A stretch of 61,482 bases of DNA from Nocardioides sp. (GTDB lineage Bacteria; Actinomycetota; Actinomycetes; Propionibacteriales; Nocardioidaceae), in assembly GCA_045806805.1 (NCBI GenBank), contig JBJMIQ010000134.1:1-61482 (forward strand), read 5' to 3'. The notes beneath the pieces are model-generated. The model was given only the letters and a program-made list of their open reading frames with translations. It had not been told where the DNA came from and did not search any database. Within the stretch, counting starts at the first letter, position 1; each line of letters opens with the position of its first letter. Positions 37,862 through 47,772 of the stretch are shown here, in pieces. The position numbers and the translations under genes were made by a program.

Positions 37862-39009
37862 CCGGCACTGCCTACATCGTCGACGCGGTTCGCAGCCCCG
37901 TGGGCAAGAGGGGCGGTGCGCTGGCCCACGTCCACTCCGCTGACCTCGGCGCCCACGTGCTCGCGGCCCTGATGCGCCGTACCGGCGTCGACCCGGGCGC
38001 CGTCGACGACGTGATCATGGGCTGCTGCGACACGATCGGCTCGCAGGCCGGTGACGTGGCCCGGACGTCGTGGCTGGTGGCCGGTCTGCCCGACCACGTG
38101 CCGGGAGTGACCATCGACCGTCAGTGCGGTTCCTCCCAGCAGGCGGTCCACTTCGCGGCCCAGGGCGTCATGTCCGGCACCCAGGATCTCGTCGTGGCCG
38201 GCGGTGTGCAGAACATGAGCGCGATCCCGATCTCGGCCGCGATGCTGGTGGGCCAGCAGTACGGCTTCACCACCCCCTTCGCCGAGTCGCCCGGGTGGCT
38301 CGCCCGCTACGGCGACCAAGAGGTCAGCCAGTTCCGCTCCGCGGAGATGATCGCCGAGAAGTGGGACATCAGCAGGGAGGAGATGGAGGAGTTCGCCCTC
38401 GCCTCCCACGCGCGGGCGCGGACCGCGATCACCGAGGGCCGCTTCGACCGGGAGGTCGAGCCGGTCGGCGACTTCCAGACCGACCAGTGCCCGCGCGAGA
38501 CCACGCTGGAGAAGATGGCCGGCCTCGACCCGCTCGCTCCCGGCGGCCGGATCACCGCGGCCGTGGCCTCACAGATCTGTGACGCGTCCTCGGCGATGCT
38601 CGTCGCTTCCGAGCGTGCGCTGACCGAGCACGGACTCACACCCCGTGCCCGGATCCACCATCTCTCCGTCCGCGGCGACGATCCGGTCTGGATGCTCACC
38701 GGCCCGATCGGTGCCACCCGCTACGCCCTCGAGAGGGCCGGCCTGGGCATCGACGACATCGACCTGTTCGAGTGCAACGAGGCCTTCGCCTCGGTGGTGC
38801 TGGCGTGGATGAAGGAGACCGGCGCGCCCCACGATCGAGTCAACGTCAACGGCGGCGGTATCGCGCTCGGTCACCCGATCGGTGCCACCGGCACCCGGAT
38901 CATGACCACCCTGCTCAACGAGCTCGAGCGCACCGGCGGCCGCCTCGGACTGCAGACCATGTGTGAGGGCGGCGGCCAGGCCAACGTGACGATCATCGAG
39001 CGGCTCTGA
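37858..39009 (+). CDS. fadA6: Acetyl-CoA acetyltransferase FadA6
   Basis: DRQCGSSQQA, NEAF, GHPIG, CEGGG; follows kstR2. Confidence 0.92.
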   Translation: MTGTAYIVDAVRSPVGKRGGALAHVHSADLGAHVLAALMRRTGVDPGAVDDVIMGCCDTIGSQAGDVARTSWLVAGLPDHVPGVTIDRQCGSSQQAVHFAAQGVMSGTQDLVVAGGVQNMSAIPISAAMLVGQQYGFTTPFAESPGWLARYGDQEVSQFRSAEMIAEKWDISREEMEEFALASHARARTAITEGRFDREVEPVGDFQTDQCPRETTLEKMAGLDPLAPGGRITAAVASQICDASSAMLVASERALTEHGLTPRARIHHLSVRGDDPVWMLTGPIGATRYALERAGLGIDDIDLFECNEAFASVVLAWMKETGAPHDRVNVNGGGIALGHPIGATGTRIMTTLLNELERTGGRLGLQTMCEGGGQANVTIIERL

Positions 39010-39062
39010 CCACCCGCCGATAATCGCTGGCGCGCTGAGGCTCGGCGATTCATCCTCGGAGT

Positions 39063-40049
39063 ATGGAGCTCAGGGAGTTCGGGCCCGACGACGCGTCGTC
39101 GGTCGAGGCGTGCGTCGAAGTCTGCAACGCCTGCTTGGCCATCGACGCGCCCTGGCTGCACGCGGACACGCCGTACCGCCGGCGGATGGAGATGATCCAC
39201 GCCTGGGACGGCGAGCCCGGGCGCCACTTCCTTGCCCACGTCGACGGGCGCCTGGTCGGCACGCTGACCATCGATGCCAGCAACTACGACAACCTCGACC
39301 TCGCGTGGCTGGGCCTCTACATCCACCCGGACCACCGTCGGCGGGGGCACGGCACGGCAGCGCTCGAGGCGGCGTACGAGATCTGCCGGGGGATGGGGCG
39401 CCCGCTCCTCGGCATCGACGGCTGGGAGGGCGAGCAGACCCATGGGTTCGCGGCCGCCGTCGGGTTCGAGCTGAAGTCGCGGGCGATCAACCGGCGCCAG
39501 CGGCTGTCTGAGCTCCCAGCGGGGCTCATCGACAAGCTGTACGACGACGCGCTCGCGCAGGCGGGCGACTACGAGCTGCTGCGGTTCTTCGGCCGCACGC
39601 CCGACGAGCTGGTCGACGAGGTCGCCCGGATCACCGACGCCATCAACGACGCCCCCCTCGACGACCTCGAGCTGGAGGACGAGGTCTACCCGCCGCACCG
39701 GATCCGCGCCTACGAGACGGCCCAGATCGAGAGCGGCTTCCGGTTCCGACGAGTCGTGGCGCGCCACCGGGCCACCGGCGAGCTGGCCGGGCACACGGTG
39801 GTCACCGTGGACTCGGAGCGGCCGACGATCGGCGACCAGCACGACACCGCCGTGGTGCACGGGCACCGCGGTCACAAGCTCGGAGTCCTGCTCAAGGCCG
39901 ACATGGTGCGCTGGCTGGCCGAGGACGAGCCCCAGCTCGAGACGATCGACACCTGGAACGCGGAGTCCAACGACCACATGGTGTTCGTCAATGAGCTGCT
40001 GGGCTACCGGATCATGGGCCGTGAGCTGGACTTCCAGCGGCGGATCTAG
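39063..40049 (+). CDS. Tandem GNAT-fold acetyltransferase
   Basis: HPDHRRRGHG and TAVVHGHRGHKLG motif A copies; TWNAESNDHM. Confidence 0.85.
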   Translation: MELREFGPDDASSVEACVEVCNACLAIDAPWLHADTPYRRRMEMIHAWDGEPGRHFLAHVDGRLVGTLTIDASNYDNLDLAWLGLYIHPDHRRRGHGTAALEAAYEICRGMGRPLLGIDGWEGEQTHGFAAAVGFELKSRAINRRQRLSELPAGLIDKLYDDALAQAGDYELLRFFGRTPDELVDEVARITDAINDAPLDDLELEDEVYPPHRIRAYETAQIESGFRFRRVVARHRATGELAGHTVVTVDSERPTIGDQHDTAVVHGHRGHKLGVLLKADMVRWLAEDEPQLETIDTWNAESNDHMVFVNELLGYRIMGRELDFQRRI

Positions 40050-40058
40050 CCCCCGGAC

Positions 40059-41144
40059 TCAGGTAGCGACGTACGAGGCCGCTCGCCGCAGCTCCTCGGC
40101 GGCACTGGTCACCATCCGGTCGATCAGCTCCTCGCAGCTGGGCAGGTCGTCGATCACCCCGACGACCTGGCCGGACGCGAGCACGCCGGCGGAGGTGTCG
40201 CCCTCGACCAGGCCGGCCTTCAGCATCATCGGGGTGTTGGCCGCCAGGGCGGCCTGGGCGAGGGAGCGGCCCTGGGCACGTTGCATCTCCCGTCCGTCGC
40301 GCAGAAGGCCGCGCCAGGTCATGCCGCTCTGCTGCTTGAACTCGAGTGTCCGCCGTGCGGTAGGCCCGAGCCGCCGGAGGGCGGAGGACTCCTGGAGCTC
40401 CTCGACCAGATCGGTGCGCAGCATCCGGTGCGGCATCCCGTCGACCTTGTCGGTGACCACGGTCCCGTCCAGGCCGTGGGAGAGGTAGAGCTGCTTGACG
40501 GCGTCGGGCACCGCTGAGTCGCGGGTGAGCAGGAACCGCGTGCCCATGCCGACGCCGGCGGCGCCGTAGGAGAGGGCGGCTGCGAGACCCCGACCGTCGA
40601 AGAACCCTCCGGCCGCGATCACCGGAATGTCGCTCCGTGCATTTCTGAGAGCATCCAGGACAGTCGGCAGCAGCAGCGTGGTCGGGACGCTGCCGGTGTG
40701 GCCGCCGCCCTCGCCGCCTTGCACCATGACCGCGTCCGCGCCCCAGCCTGCCACCTTCTCGGCATGACGGGCGGCACCCACCGAGGGGATCACCACGACC
40801 CCGGCGTCCTTGAGGCGGGCGATCAGGTCCGGCTTCGGGGCGAGGGCGAACGACGCCACCTTCACGCCGTGCCGGATCAGCAGCTCGCACCGCTCTGAGG
40901 CATCTCCGGCGTCCGCGCGCAGGTTCACGCCGAACGGCTGGTCGGTGCGCTCCTTGACCTCCACGATTGCCCGGTCGAGCTCGTCGTACGTCATGGTGGC
41001 GCTGGCCAGGATTCCCAGTCCGCCGGCGTTGGCGGTTCCGGACACGAGGCGCGGACCGGAGACCCATCCCATCCCGGTCTGCACGACGGGGTGCCGGACG
41101 CCGGTCAGCTCGGTGAGCGGTGTGCGCAGCAGCTGGTCAAGCAT
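40059..41144 (-). CDS. ipdC: FMN-dependent enoyl-CoA reductase-like IpdC
   Basis: VVQTGMGWV, QGGEGGGHTG, AAGGFFDGRG, GMGTRF; follows ipdB. Confidence 0.9.
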   Translation of the reverse strand: MLDQLLRTPLTELTGVRHPVVQTGMGWVSGPRLVSGTANAGGLGILASATMTYDELDRAIVEVKERTDQPFGVNLRADAGDASERCELLIRHGVKVASFALAPKPDLIARLKDAGVVVIPSVGAARHAEKVAGWGADAVMVQGGEGGGHTGSVPTTLLLPTVLDALRNARSDIPVIAAGGFFDGRGLAAALSYGAAGVGMGTRFLLTRDSAVPDAVKQLYLSHGLDGTVVTDKVDGMPHRMLRTDLVEELQESSALRRLGPTARRTLEFKQQSGMTWRGLLRDGREMQRAQGRSLAQAALAANTPMMLKAGLVEGDTSAGVLASGQVVGVIDDLPSCEELIDRMVTSAAEELRRAASYVAT

Positions 41145-41892
41145 CCGGGACCTCCTTGAAACGGAGGCCCTTCGGGTCCAGCACCTCGCGCACGATGACC
41201 AGCTCGTCGAGGCCGGGGGAGCGGGTCTCGGCAACCTCTCCCTCGGCGTGGATCTCGCAGCCGGACTGCTCGCGGACCTGCTCGACGGTGACGCCTGGGT
41301 GCACCGAGAGCAGGCGGAGGGTGTCGTCGGGTCCGCCGAGGTCGAGGACGGCCAGGTTGGTCACGATCCGGTGGATGTCGTTGAAGCGCGCCGCGGCCGC
41401 GCCGGCCTCCTGCGCGCGCCGTGGCCCGACGCCGGAGACCACGTCGACCTGTTCGACGAGCGTGCGAGGGGAGTGCCTGGGGATCCAGTACGACGTCCGG
41501 TTGTTCACCGTGTTGCCGGGCGCCCCGCGTGAGCCGAGCAGCTGCCGCTTCGGCGTCGCGAAGTCGCCGATCGCGGAAATGTTCTGGTTGCCGTGCCGGT
41601 CGACCTGGGTAGCACCCATCATCACGTGCCGCTTGCCCCAGGCGACGACGTCGAACACCCGCCGGAACGGGATCCAGCCCTCGACCACGTCGACCGTCTC
41701 GCCGAGCGGTGGCACCCCGCCGAGGAAGAGCGACTCACCGTCGGAGATGAGCAGGTCGGGGTTGCTGGTGAGCTTGACCAGCCGGACGCCGAGCGTCGGC
41801 AGCAATCCCATCGGACTGGCGAAGATCTCGCCGTCGTCGGCGAACGCGTCCGCGATCGCGGACGCGCACACCTCGGCGCGCGTGGCGTCCAT
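41137..41892 (-). CDS. ipdB: COCHEA-CoA hydrolase beta subunit
   Basis: EIFASPM, GWIPFRRVF, GNQNIS, RGAPGNT. Confidence 0.92.
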   Translation of the reverse strand: MDATRAEVCASAIADAFADDGEIFASPMGLLPTLGVRLVKLTSNPDLLISDGESLFLGGVPPLGETVDVVEGWIPFRRVFDVVAWGKRHVMMGATQVDRHGNQNISAIGDFATPKRQLLGSRGAPGNTVNNRTSYWIPRHSPRTLVEQVDVVSGVGPRRAQEAGAAAARFNDIHRIVTNLAVLDLGGPDDTLRLLSVHPGVTVEQVREQSGCEIHAEGEVAETRSPGLDELVIVREVLDPKGLRFKEVPDA

Positions 41893-42770
41893 CAGTCGTC
41901 CTCCTGGTGGAACGCTCGCACGGCGGACTGGTAGGCGTCCTCGTCACCGGCCAGGAACCGGTCCTCGAAGGCGGCCCACTCCTCGTCGGTCCCCGCTGCC
42001 GCGGTGGCGTACGCCTTCTGGAACTTCTCGTCCCGTTCGTAGTGCGGAGTGCAGGTGGTGAAGTGGGCTCCGTGTGGCGTCTCGACCACGCCGTCGACCA
42101 TCATCCGGCTGATCAACAACCGCTGCACGGGAGAGTCGACGGTCAGCCCGGCGGTGTCCACGATCTCCTCGCAGGACAGGAAGGCCCGGTCCGCGGCCAT
42201 GCAGAACAGGTCGTCGAAGTAAGGGTCCGGCCCGAGGTAGGCCGCGTTGCCGTGGGGGTCGGCCCGGTTGAGGTGGACCAGGGCGACGTCAAGCTTCAGG
42301 GCGGGTACGGCGACCAGCTCCTCACCGTCGTCGTACGGACTCGTGACGGTGCGTAGCCACGGGTTGTTGACCAACACGTCGGAGCCCAGACCGGCCCGCA
42401 TCGGCAGGAACGGGAGCCGTTGGGCGGCGGCCCGCAGCCCGGTCTGGAACATCCCCTCGTCGAGCTCGACGACCTCGGCGATGTCGCCGGCCTGGCGGGC
42501 CCGCTGGAAGTTGGGTTCGAGCGGGATCGAGTCGAGGGACACGAACGCATAGACCAGTTTGCGGACCTTGCCGGCCCGGAGCAGGAGACCCACGTCGGCG
42601 CCGCCCCACGACACGACCGTCAGGTCCTTCAGGTCTGAGCGGAGGATCGCGCGGACCAGCGCCATCGGCTTGCGTCGCGGACCCCAGCCGCCGATGCCGA
42701 GGGTCATCCCATCCTTCAGCTCGGCGACCACCTGGTCGATGGTCATCCGCTTGTCGCGGGGTGTGCTCAT
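41892..42770 (-). CDS. ipdA: COCHEA-CoA hydrolase alpha subunit
   Basis: GIGGWGPRRKPMALVR, FVSLDS, ELDEGM, GPDPYFD. Confidence 0.92.
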   Translation of the reverse strand: MSTPRDKRMTIDQVVAELKDGMTLGIGGWGPRRKPMALVRAILRSDLKDLTVVSWGGADVGLLLRAGKVRKLVYAFVSLDSIPLEPNFQRARQAGDIAEVVELDEGMFQTGLRAAAQRLPFLPMRAGLGSDVLVNNPWLRTVTSPYDDGEELVAVPALKLDVALVHLNRADPHGNAAYLGPDPYFDDLFCMAADRAFLSCEEIVDTAGLTVDSPVQRLLISRMMVDGVVETPHGAHFTTCTPHYERDEKFQKAYATAAAGTDEEWAAFEDRFLAGDEDAYQSAVRAFHQEDD

Positions 42771-43510
42771 GTGTCTCCTACGAACTTGTCACGCAGGTCG
42801 TCGGAGACCCCGGAGAGGTTGAGCTCCATCGTGAAGCCCTGCTCGAAGCGATAGCTGCGGTTCACGTCGACGGGGTCGATCGCATTGAGAGCCTCCTTGG
42901 CCATCCGGACCACCCGCGGATCCTTGGCCGCGATCTCGCCGGCCACCGCCAGCGCAGCCTCCCCCAGCCGCTCACGGGGAACAACCTCGAGCACCGACCC
43001 GTGCTGCACCAGGTCCGCGGCCTGGATCGTGCGGCCGGTGAGGTAGAGCGTCCGCATCAGGTGGGGCGGGACCAGTCGGGCGAGGTGGGTGGCGGCCCCG
43101 AGGGCGCCGCGGTCGACCTCGGGAACCCCGAGGTAGGCGTCGTCCGCCGCCACGATGCAGTCGGCGTTGCCGACCAGGCCGACGCCGCCGCCAAGGCAGA
43201 AGCCGTGGACGGCCGCGACGACGGGCACCGGGCACTCGTAGACCGCCTTGAAGGCGGCGTAGCAACCCCGGTTGGCGCCGATCAGGGCGTCGAAGCCGCT
43301 GGTGCTCTGCATCTCCTTGATGTCCACGCCGGCATTGAACCCGCGGCCCTCGGCCCGCAGCACGACGACCCGGGTGGCGTCGTCCCGGCCTGCCACGTCG
43401 AGAGCCCCGGCGAGGTCGAACCAGCCCTGGACGGTGAGGGCGTTCACCGGGGGGTGGTCCATCGTGACGACCCGAATGCCGTCGCCGCGGACCTCGCTGG
43501 TGATGGGCAT
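42767..43510 (-). CDS. echA20: Crotonase-family EchA20
   Basis: PPVNAL, FNAGVDIKE, GFCLGGG, PEVDRGALGAATH. Confidence 0.92.
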   Translation of the reverse strand: MPITSEVRGDGIRVVTMDHPPVNALTVQGWFDLAGALDVAGRDDATRVVVLRAEGRGFNAGVDIKEMQSTSGFDALIGANRGCYAAFKAVYECPVPVVAAVHGFCLGGGVGLVGNADCIVAADDAYLGVPEVDRGALGAATHLARLVPPHLMRTLYLTGRTIQAADLVQHGSVLEVVPRERLGEAALAVAGEIAAKDPRVVRMAKEALNAIDPVDVNRSYRFEQGFTMELNLSGVSDDLRDKFVGDT

Positions 43511-43518
43511 GTCTACCT

Positions 43519-43538
43519 ACCTAACGTTTGCTTGGTAG
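43519..43538. promoter_or_regulatory. KstR2-type operator (variant)
   Basis: ACCTAACGTTTGCTTGGTAG shares AACRTTTGCTTGGTAG with the 35279 site; between echA20 and an SDR. Confidence 0.7.
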
Positions 43539-43547
43539 CCTAACAGC

Positions 43548-44309
43548 ATGCCTCTGACGCTGGACCTGACCGACCGGGTTGTGCTGGTCACCGGCGGCGC
43601 ACGGGGGATCGGGCTCGGCGTCAGCCGGGTCCTGGCCTCGGCCGGCGCCATCGTGGTGAGCTGCGGCAGGTCGGAGGCGGAGCCCCCGGTGCCTGGCGGG
43701 TCCCACCTGGTCTGCGACGTGCGCGATGCCGACGCGGTGACGGCGCTGGTCGACGAGCTCGTCTCGAGCCATGGCCGGATCGACGGCCTGGTCAACAACG
43801 CCGGCGGGGCGCCGTACTCACCCGCGGCCGAGGCGTCGCCGCGGCTCCACGAGAAGGTCGTCGGGCTCAACCTGCTGGCGCCGCTGGCGGTCGCGCAGGC
43901 CTGCCACGCGGTCATGCAGTCACAGGAGCGGGGTGGGTCGATCGTCAACATCTCGTCGGTCTCCGCGTTGCGTCCCTCGCCGGGCACGGCGGCGTACGGC
44001 GCGGCCAAGGCCGGCCTGGACTCGCTCACCCGCTCGTTGGCCGTGGAGTGGGCACCTCGAGTCCGGGTCAACGCCGTCGACGTCGGGCTGTGCCGCACGG
44101 AGCACACCGACGACCACTACGGCGGCGACGGGACGGTCGCGGCCATCGAGCGCACCATCCCGCTGGGCCGGATGGCCTCTCCGGAGGAGGTCGGCCACGT
44201 GGTCGCGTTCCTGCTCTCCGACCTCGCGTCGTACGTCTCCGGCGCGACCGTCGAGTGCCACGGCGGGGGAGAGCCCCCCGTGTTCCTGCATGTGCAACAG
44301 GAGAACTGA
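43548..44309 (+). CDS. SDR oxidoreductase (Rv3549c-like)
   Basis: TGGARGIG, NNAGG, YGAAK, HGGGEPP; synteny. Confidence 0.88.
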   Translation: MPLTLDLTDRVVLVTGGARGIGLGVSRVLASAGAIVVSCGRSEAEPPVPGGSHLVCDVRDADAVTALVDELVSSHGRIDGLVNNAGGAPYSPAAEASPRLHEKVVGLNLLAPLAVAQACHAVMQSQERGGSIVNISSVSALRPSPGTAAYGAAKAGLDSLTRSLAVEWAPRVRVNAVDVGLCRTEHTDDHYGGDGTVAAIERTIPLGRMASPEEVGHVVAFLLSDLASYVSGATVECHGGGEPPVFLHVQQEN

Positions 44310-45187
44310 TGTCTGACCTCCTCGAAGGCCGCGTCGCGATCGTGACCGGCGCCGGCCGCGGCATCGGTCGCGAGCATGCGCTCGAGCTCGCCCGCCACGG
44401 CGCCGCGGTGGTGGTGAACGACTACGGCGTCTCGCTGGCGGGGGAGAAGGCCGACTCGCCCGCCGAGGAGGTGGTGGCCGAGATCGAGGCGGCGGGTGGC
44501 CAGGCCATCGCGAACGGTGCGGACGTCGCCGACTTCGGCGCCGCCGAGGCGATGGTCCGGCAGGCGATCGAGACGTTCGGCGGGCTCGACGTCCTGGTCA
44601 ACAACGCCGGATTCGTCCGGGACCGGATGCTCATCAACGCGACGGAGGACGAGTGGGACGCGGTCGTCCGGGTGCACCTCAAGGGTCACTTCGCGCCGCT
44701 GCGGCACGCGGCGGCGTACTGGCGCGCAGAGTCGAAGGCCGGCCGGCAGCGGGCCGGGCGGGTCATCAACACCTCCTCCGGGGCCGGGCTGCAGGGGTCG
44801 ATCGGGCAGGCGGCGTACTCCGCCGCGAAGGCGGGCATCGCCGGCCTGACGCTCGTGGCTGCGGCCGAGCTGGACCGGGTGGGTGTGACCGTCAACGCGA
44901 TCGCCCCGGTGGCGCGCACCCGGATGACCGAAGGGGTCTTCGGCGCGGGGCTGCCCGAGCCGGCCGACAACTCGCCGGTGGTCGCCTGGCTCGCCTCGGA
45001 GCAGGCGGGCCACGTCACGGGACGGGTCTTCGAGATCGAGGGGGGCAAGCTGACCCTCGAGGAGGGCTGGCGGCATGGAGCGTCCCGCGACGCTGGCCGC
45101 CGGTGGGAGGCGACCGAGCTGGGCGCCGTCGTCGACGACCTGATCGCCGAGGGCGCGGACCCGGAGCCGGTCTACGGCGCGTCCTGA
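44309..45187 (+). CDS. SDR oxidoreductase (Rv3548c-like)
   Basis: TGAGRGIG, NNAGFVRD, VHLKGHF, YSAAK; TGATG overlap. Confidence 0.88.
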   Translation: MSDLLEGRVAIVTGAGRGIGREHALELARHGAAVVVNDYGVSLAGEKADSPAEEVVAEIEAAGGQAIANGADVADFGAAEAMVRQAIETFGGLDVLVNNAGFVRDRMLINATEDEWDAVVRVHLKGHFAPLRHAAAYWRAESKAGRQRAGRVINTSSGAGLQGSIGQAAYSAAKAGIAGLTLVAAAELDRVGVTVNAIAPVARTRMTEGVFGAGLPEPADNSPVVAWLASEQAGHVTGRVFEIEGGKLTLEEGWRHGASRDAGRRWEATELGAVVDDLIAEGADPEPVYGAS

Positions 45188-45205
45188 CGCCGTCGTGCTC
45201 CGGGT

Positions 45206-45292
45206 ACCGCGGTTTCATCACGGTATGCAGGCGAACCTGCACTCCCCGTGCCGAACTCGACTCGGGAAGTGACGTTTCATCAAGGTATGTAG
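45206..45292 (+). repeat. Left arm of 87-bp imperfect inverted repeat
   Basis: Aligns without gaps to the reverse complement of 46370-46456 (67/87 identical by manual count). Internal 19-bp motifs at 45212-45230 and 45274-45292. Confidence 0.85.
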
Positions 45293-45423
45293 ATGAACCC
45301 CCGGAGTCACAGCCGCCGCAGGATCCGCCACAAATCATCCACATCTCGACGAACTGCGTGATGCCCCACAACCGCGGCATCGCGCGATCGCCGGCACCCG
45401 GGTCCGGTGTCAGCCTCGGGCCC

Positions 45424-46368
45424 ATGGATGAACTGCGGATCCTGACCGACCTCTTCGGGTTCTTCACGAGAGCCGAGGCCCGGGACCTGGGATACGACGA
45501 CCGGGCTGTCGCACGTGCCGTGCGGGCCAGGCTCTGGCACCGGATCCGTCGCGGCTACTACACATTCGCCGACATCTGGCTCCAGCTCGATGACGTGCAG
45601 CGCCACCGCGTGCGGAGCCATGCGGTCTTGCGCTCGCTCGGTCGCAACGTCGCCCTCAGTCACGTGTCGGGGGTGATCGAACACGGAATCGCGACCTGGG
45701 GGCTCGACCTGAGCCGGGTGCACGTGACGCGGCTGGACGGTGCCGCTGGGCGGGTTGAAGGTGACGTCGTACACCACGAAGGAGTCTGCGTCACCGGGGA
45801 CGTGCTCGATGTTCCTGCCGGTCGGGTGCTGGGACCGGCGCGATGTGTGCTCGAAGCCGGATCGCGAGTCGGCGGAGGTGAGCGAGCACTGGTGATGACG
45901 GACTCCCTGCTCCATCTGGGTCTCAGCGACGAAGAGGATCTCGCCGCAAGGTTCCGCCGTCTCGAGCACTGGCCCTGGATGCGGAGGATGCACATCCCTG
46001 TGCGGATGGCCGACGGCGGTGCGGAGAGCCCGGGCGAATCACGCGGTCGTTGGCTGTTCCGCGCGCATCGACTGCCACGGCCCGAGACCCAATACAAGGT
46101 CTACGACTCCGAACAACGACTGATTGCCACGACTGACTGGTGCTGGCCCGACGAGGGGCTGTTCGGGGAGTTCGACGGCGCGATCAAGTACGGCCGGTGT
46201 CTGAAGCCCGGTCAGAATGCCGGAGAAGTGGTCTTCGCAGAGAAGCAGCGCGAGGATCTGGTCCGCGAGATCACTGGCTTCGGCATGATCCGGATCGTGT
46301 GGGCGGACTATGACCGCCCGACGGCGACCGCCAGGCGCGTCGCACGCCTGCTGCGCCATGTCGGCTGA
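45424..46368 (+). CDS. AbiEi-like N-terminal HTH + DUF559/Vsr-like nuclease domain protein
   Basis: GFFTRAEARDLG...WHRIRRGYY, ALSHVSG, AESPGESR, LPRPETQ, GEFDGAIKY, EKQRED, IRIVWAD. Confidence 0.8.
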   Translation: MDELRILTDLFGFFTRAEARDLGYDDRAVARAVRARLWHRIRRGYYTFADIWLQLDDVQRHRVRSHAVLRSLGRNVALSHVSGVIEHGIATWGLDLSRVHVTRLDGAAGRVEGDVVHHEGVCVTGDVLDVPAGRVLGPARCVLEAGSRVGGGERALVMTDSLLHLGLSDEEDLAARFRRLEHWPWMRRMHIPVRMADGGAESPGESRGRWLFRAHRLPRPETQYKVYDSEQRLIATTDWCWPDEGLFGEFDGAIKYGRCLKPGQNAGEVVFAEKQREDLVREITGFGMIRIVWADYDRPTATARRVARLLRHVG

Positions 46369-46369
46369 C

Positions 46370-46456
46370 CTGCATACCTTGGTGAACCTTCACATCCCGT
46401 GCCGAATTCGACGAGGTAAGCGCAGGTTGGGCTGTATCCCTTGATGAAACTGCGGT
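46370..46456 (-). repeat. Right arm of 87-bp imperfect inverted repeat
   Basis: Starts 2 nt after the stop codon. Motifs CTGCATACCTTGGTGAACC (46370-46388) and CTGTATCCCTTGATGAAAC (46432-46450). Confidence 0.85.
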
Positions 46457-46475
46457 CCCTGCGGTGACTGGCCGC

Positions 46476-47648
<1,173 letters not shown>

Positions 47649-47649
47649 C

Positions 47650-47663
47650 TAGAACACGTTCTT
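47650..47663. promoter_or_regulatory. KstR operator (fadA5-proximal)
   Basis: TAGAACACGTTCTT, one mismatch. Confidence 0.82.
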
Positions 47664-47740
47664 GTTCGGGACAAGGCAACTGTCCAGGAACCGGCGAGTG
47701 GCCCTTCCGAACAGACCGGGAGTATGTCAAGATCGGCAAC

Positions 47741-47754
47741 TAGAACGTGTTCCA
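47741..47754. promoter_or_regulatory. KstR operator (cyp125-proximal)
   Basis: TAGAACGTGTTCCA fits the consensus exactly. Confidence 0.88.
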
Positions 47755-47772
47755 GATTTGAGAGGTGCAGTT

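Noticed and set aside
40059-41144. Nitronate monooxygenase annotation
   Set aside because: Same fold, but the position after echA20-ipdA-ipdB identifies it as IpdC.
45322-45372. DnaA-box-like words (TCATCCACA, CCCCACAA) upstream of the AbiEi-like gene
   Set aside because: Imperfect matches, too few, and no origin context; not supportable from the sequence alone.
44653-46368. 571-aa ORF extending the AbiEi-like gene upstream
   Set aside because: The extension is an off-frame reading of the SDR gene and the repeat arm. Family-like sequence begins at ATG 45424.
45206-46456. Repeat-spacer-repeat pattern read as a CRISPR array
   Set aside because: Only two motif copies per side, the spacers are homologous to each other, the arms are inverted, and no cas genes are present.
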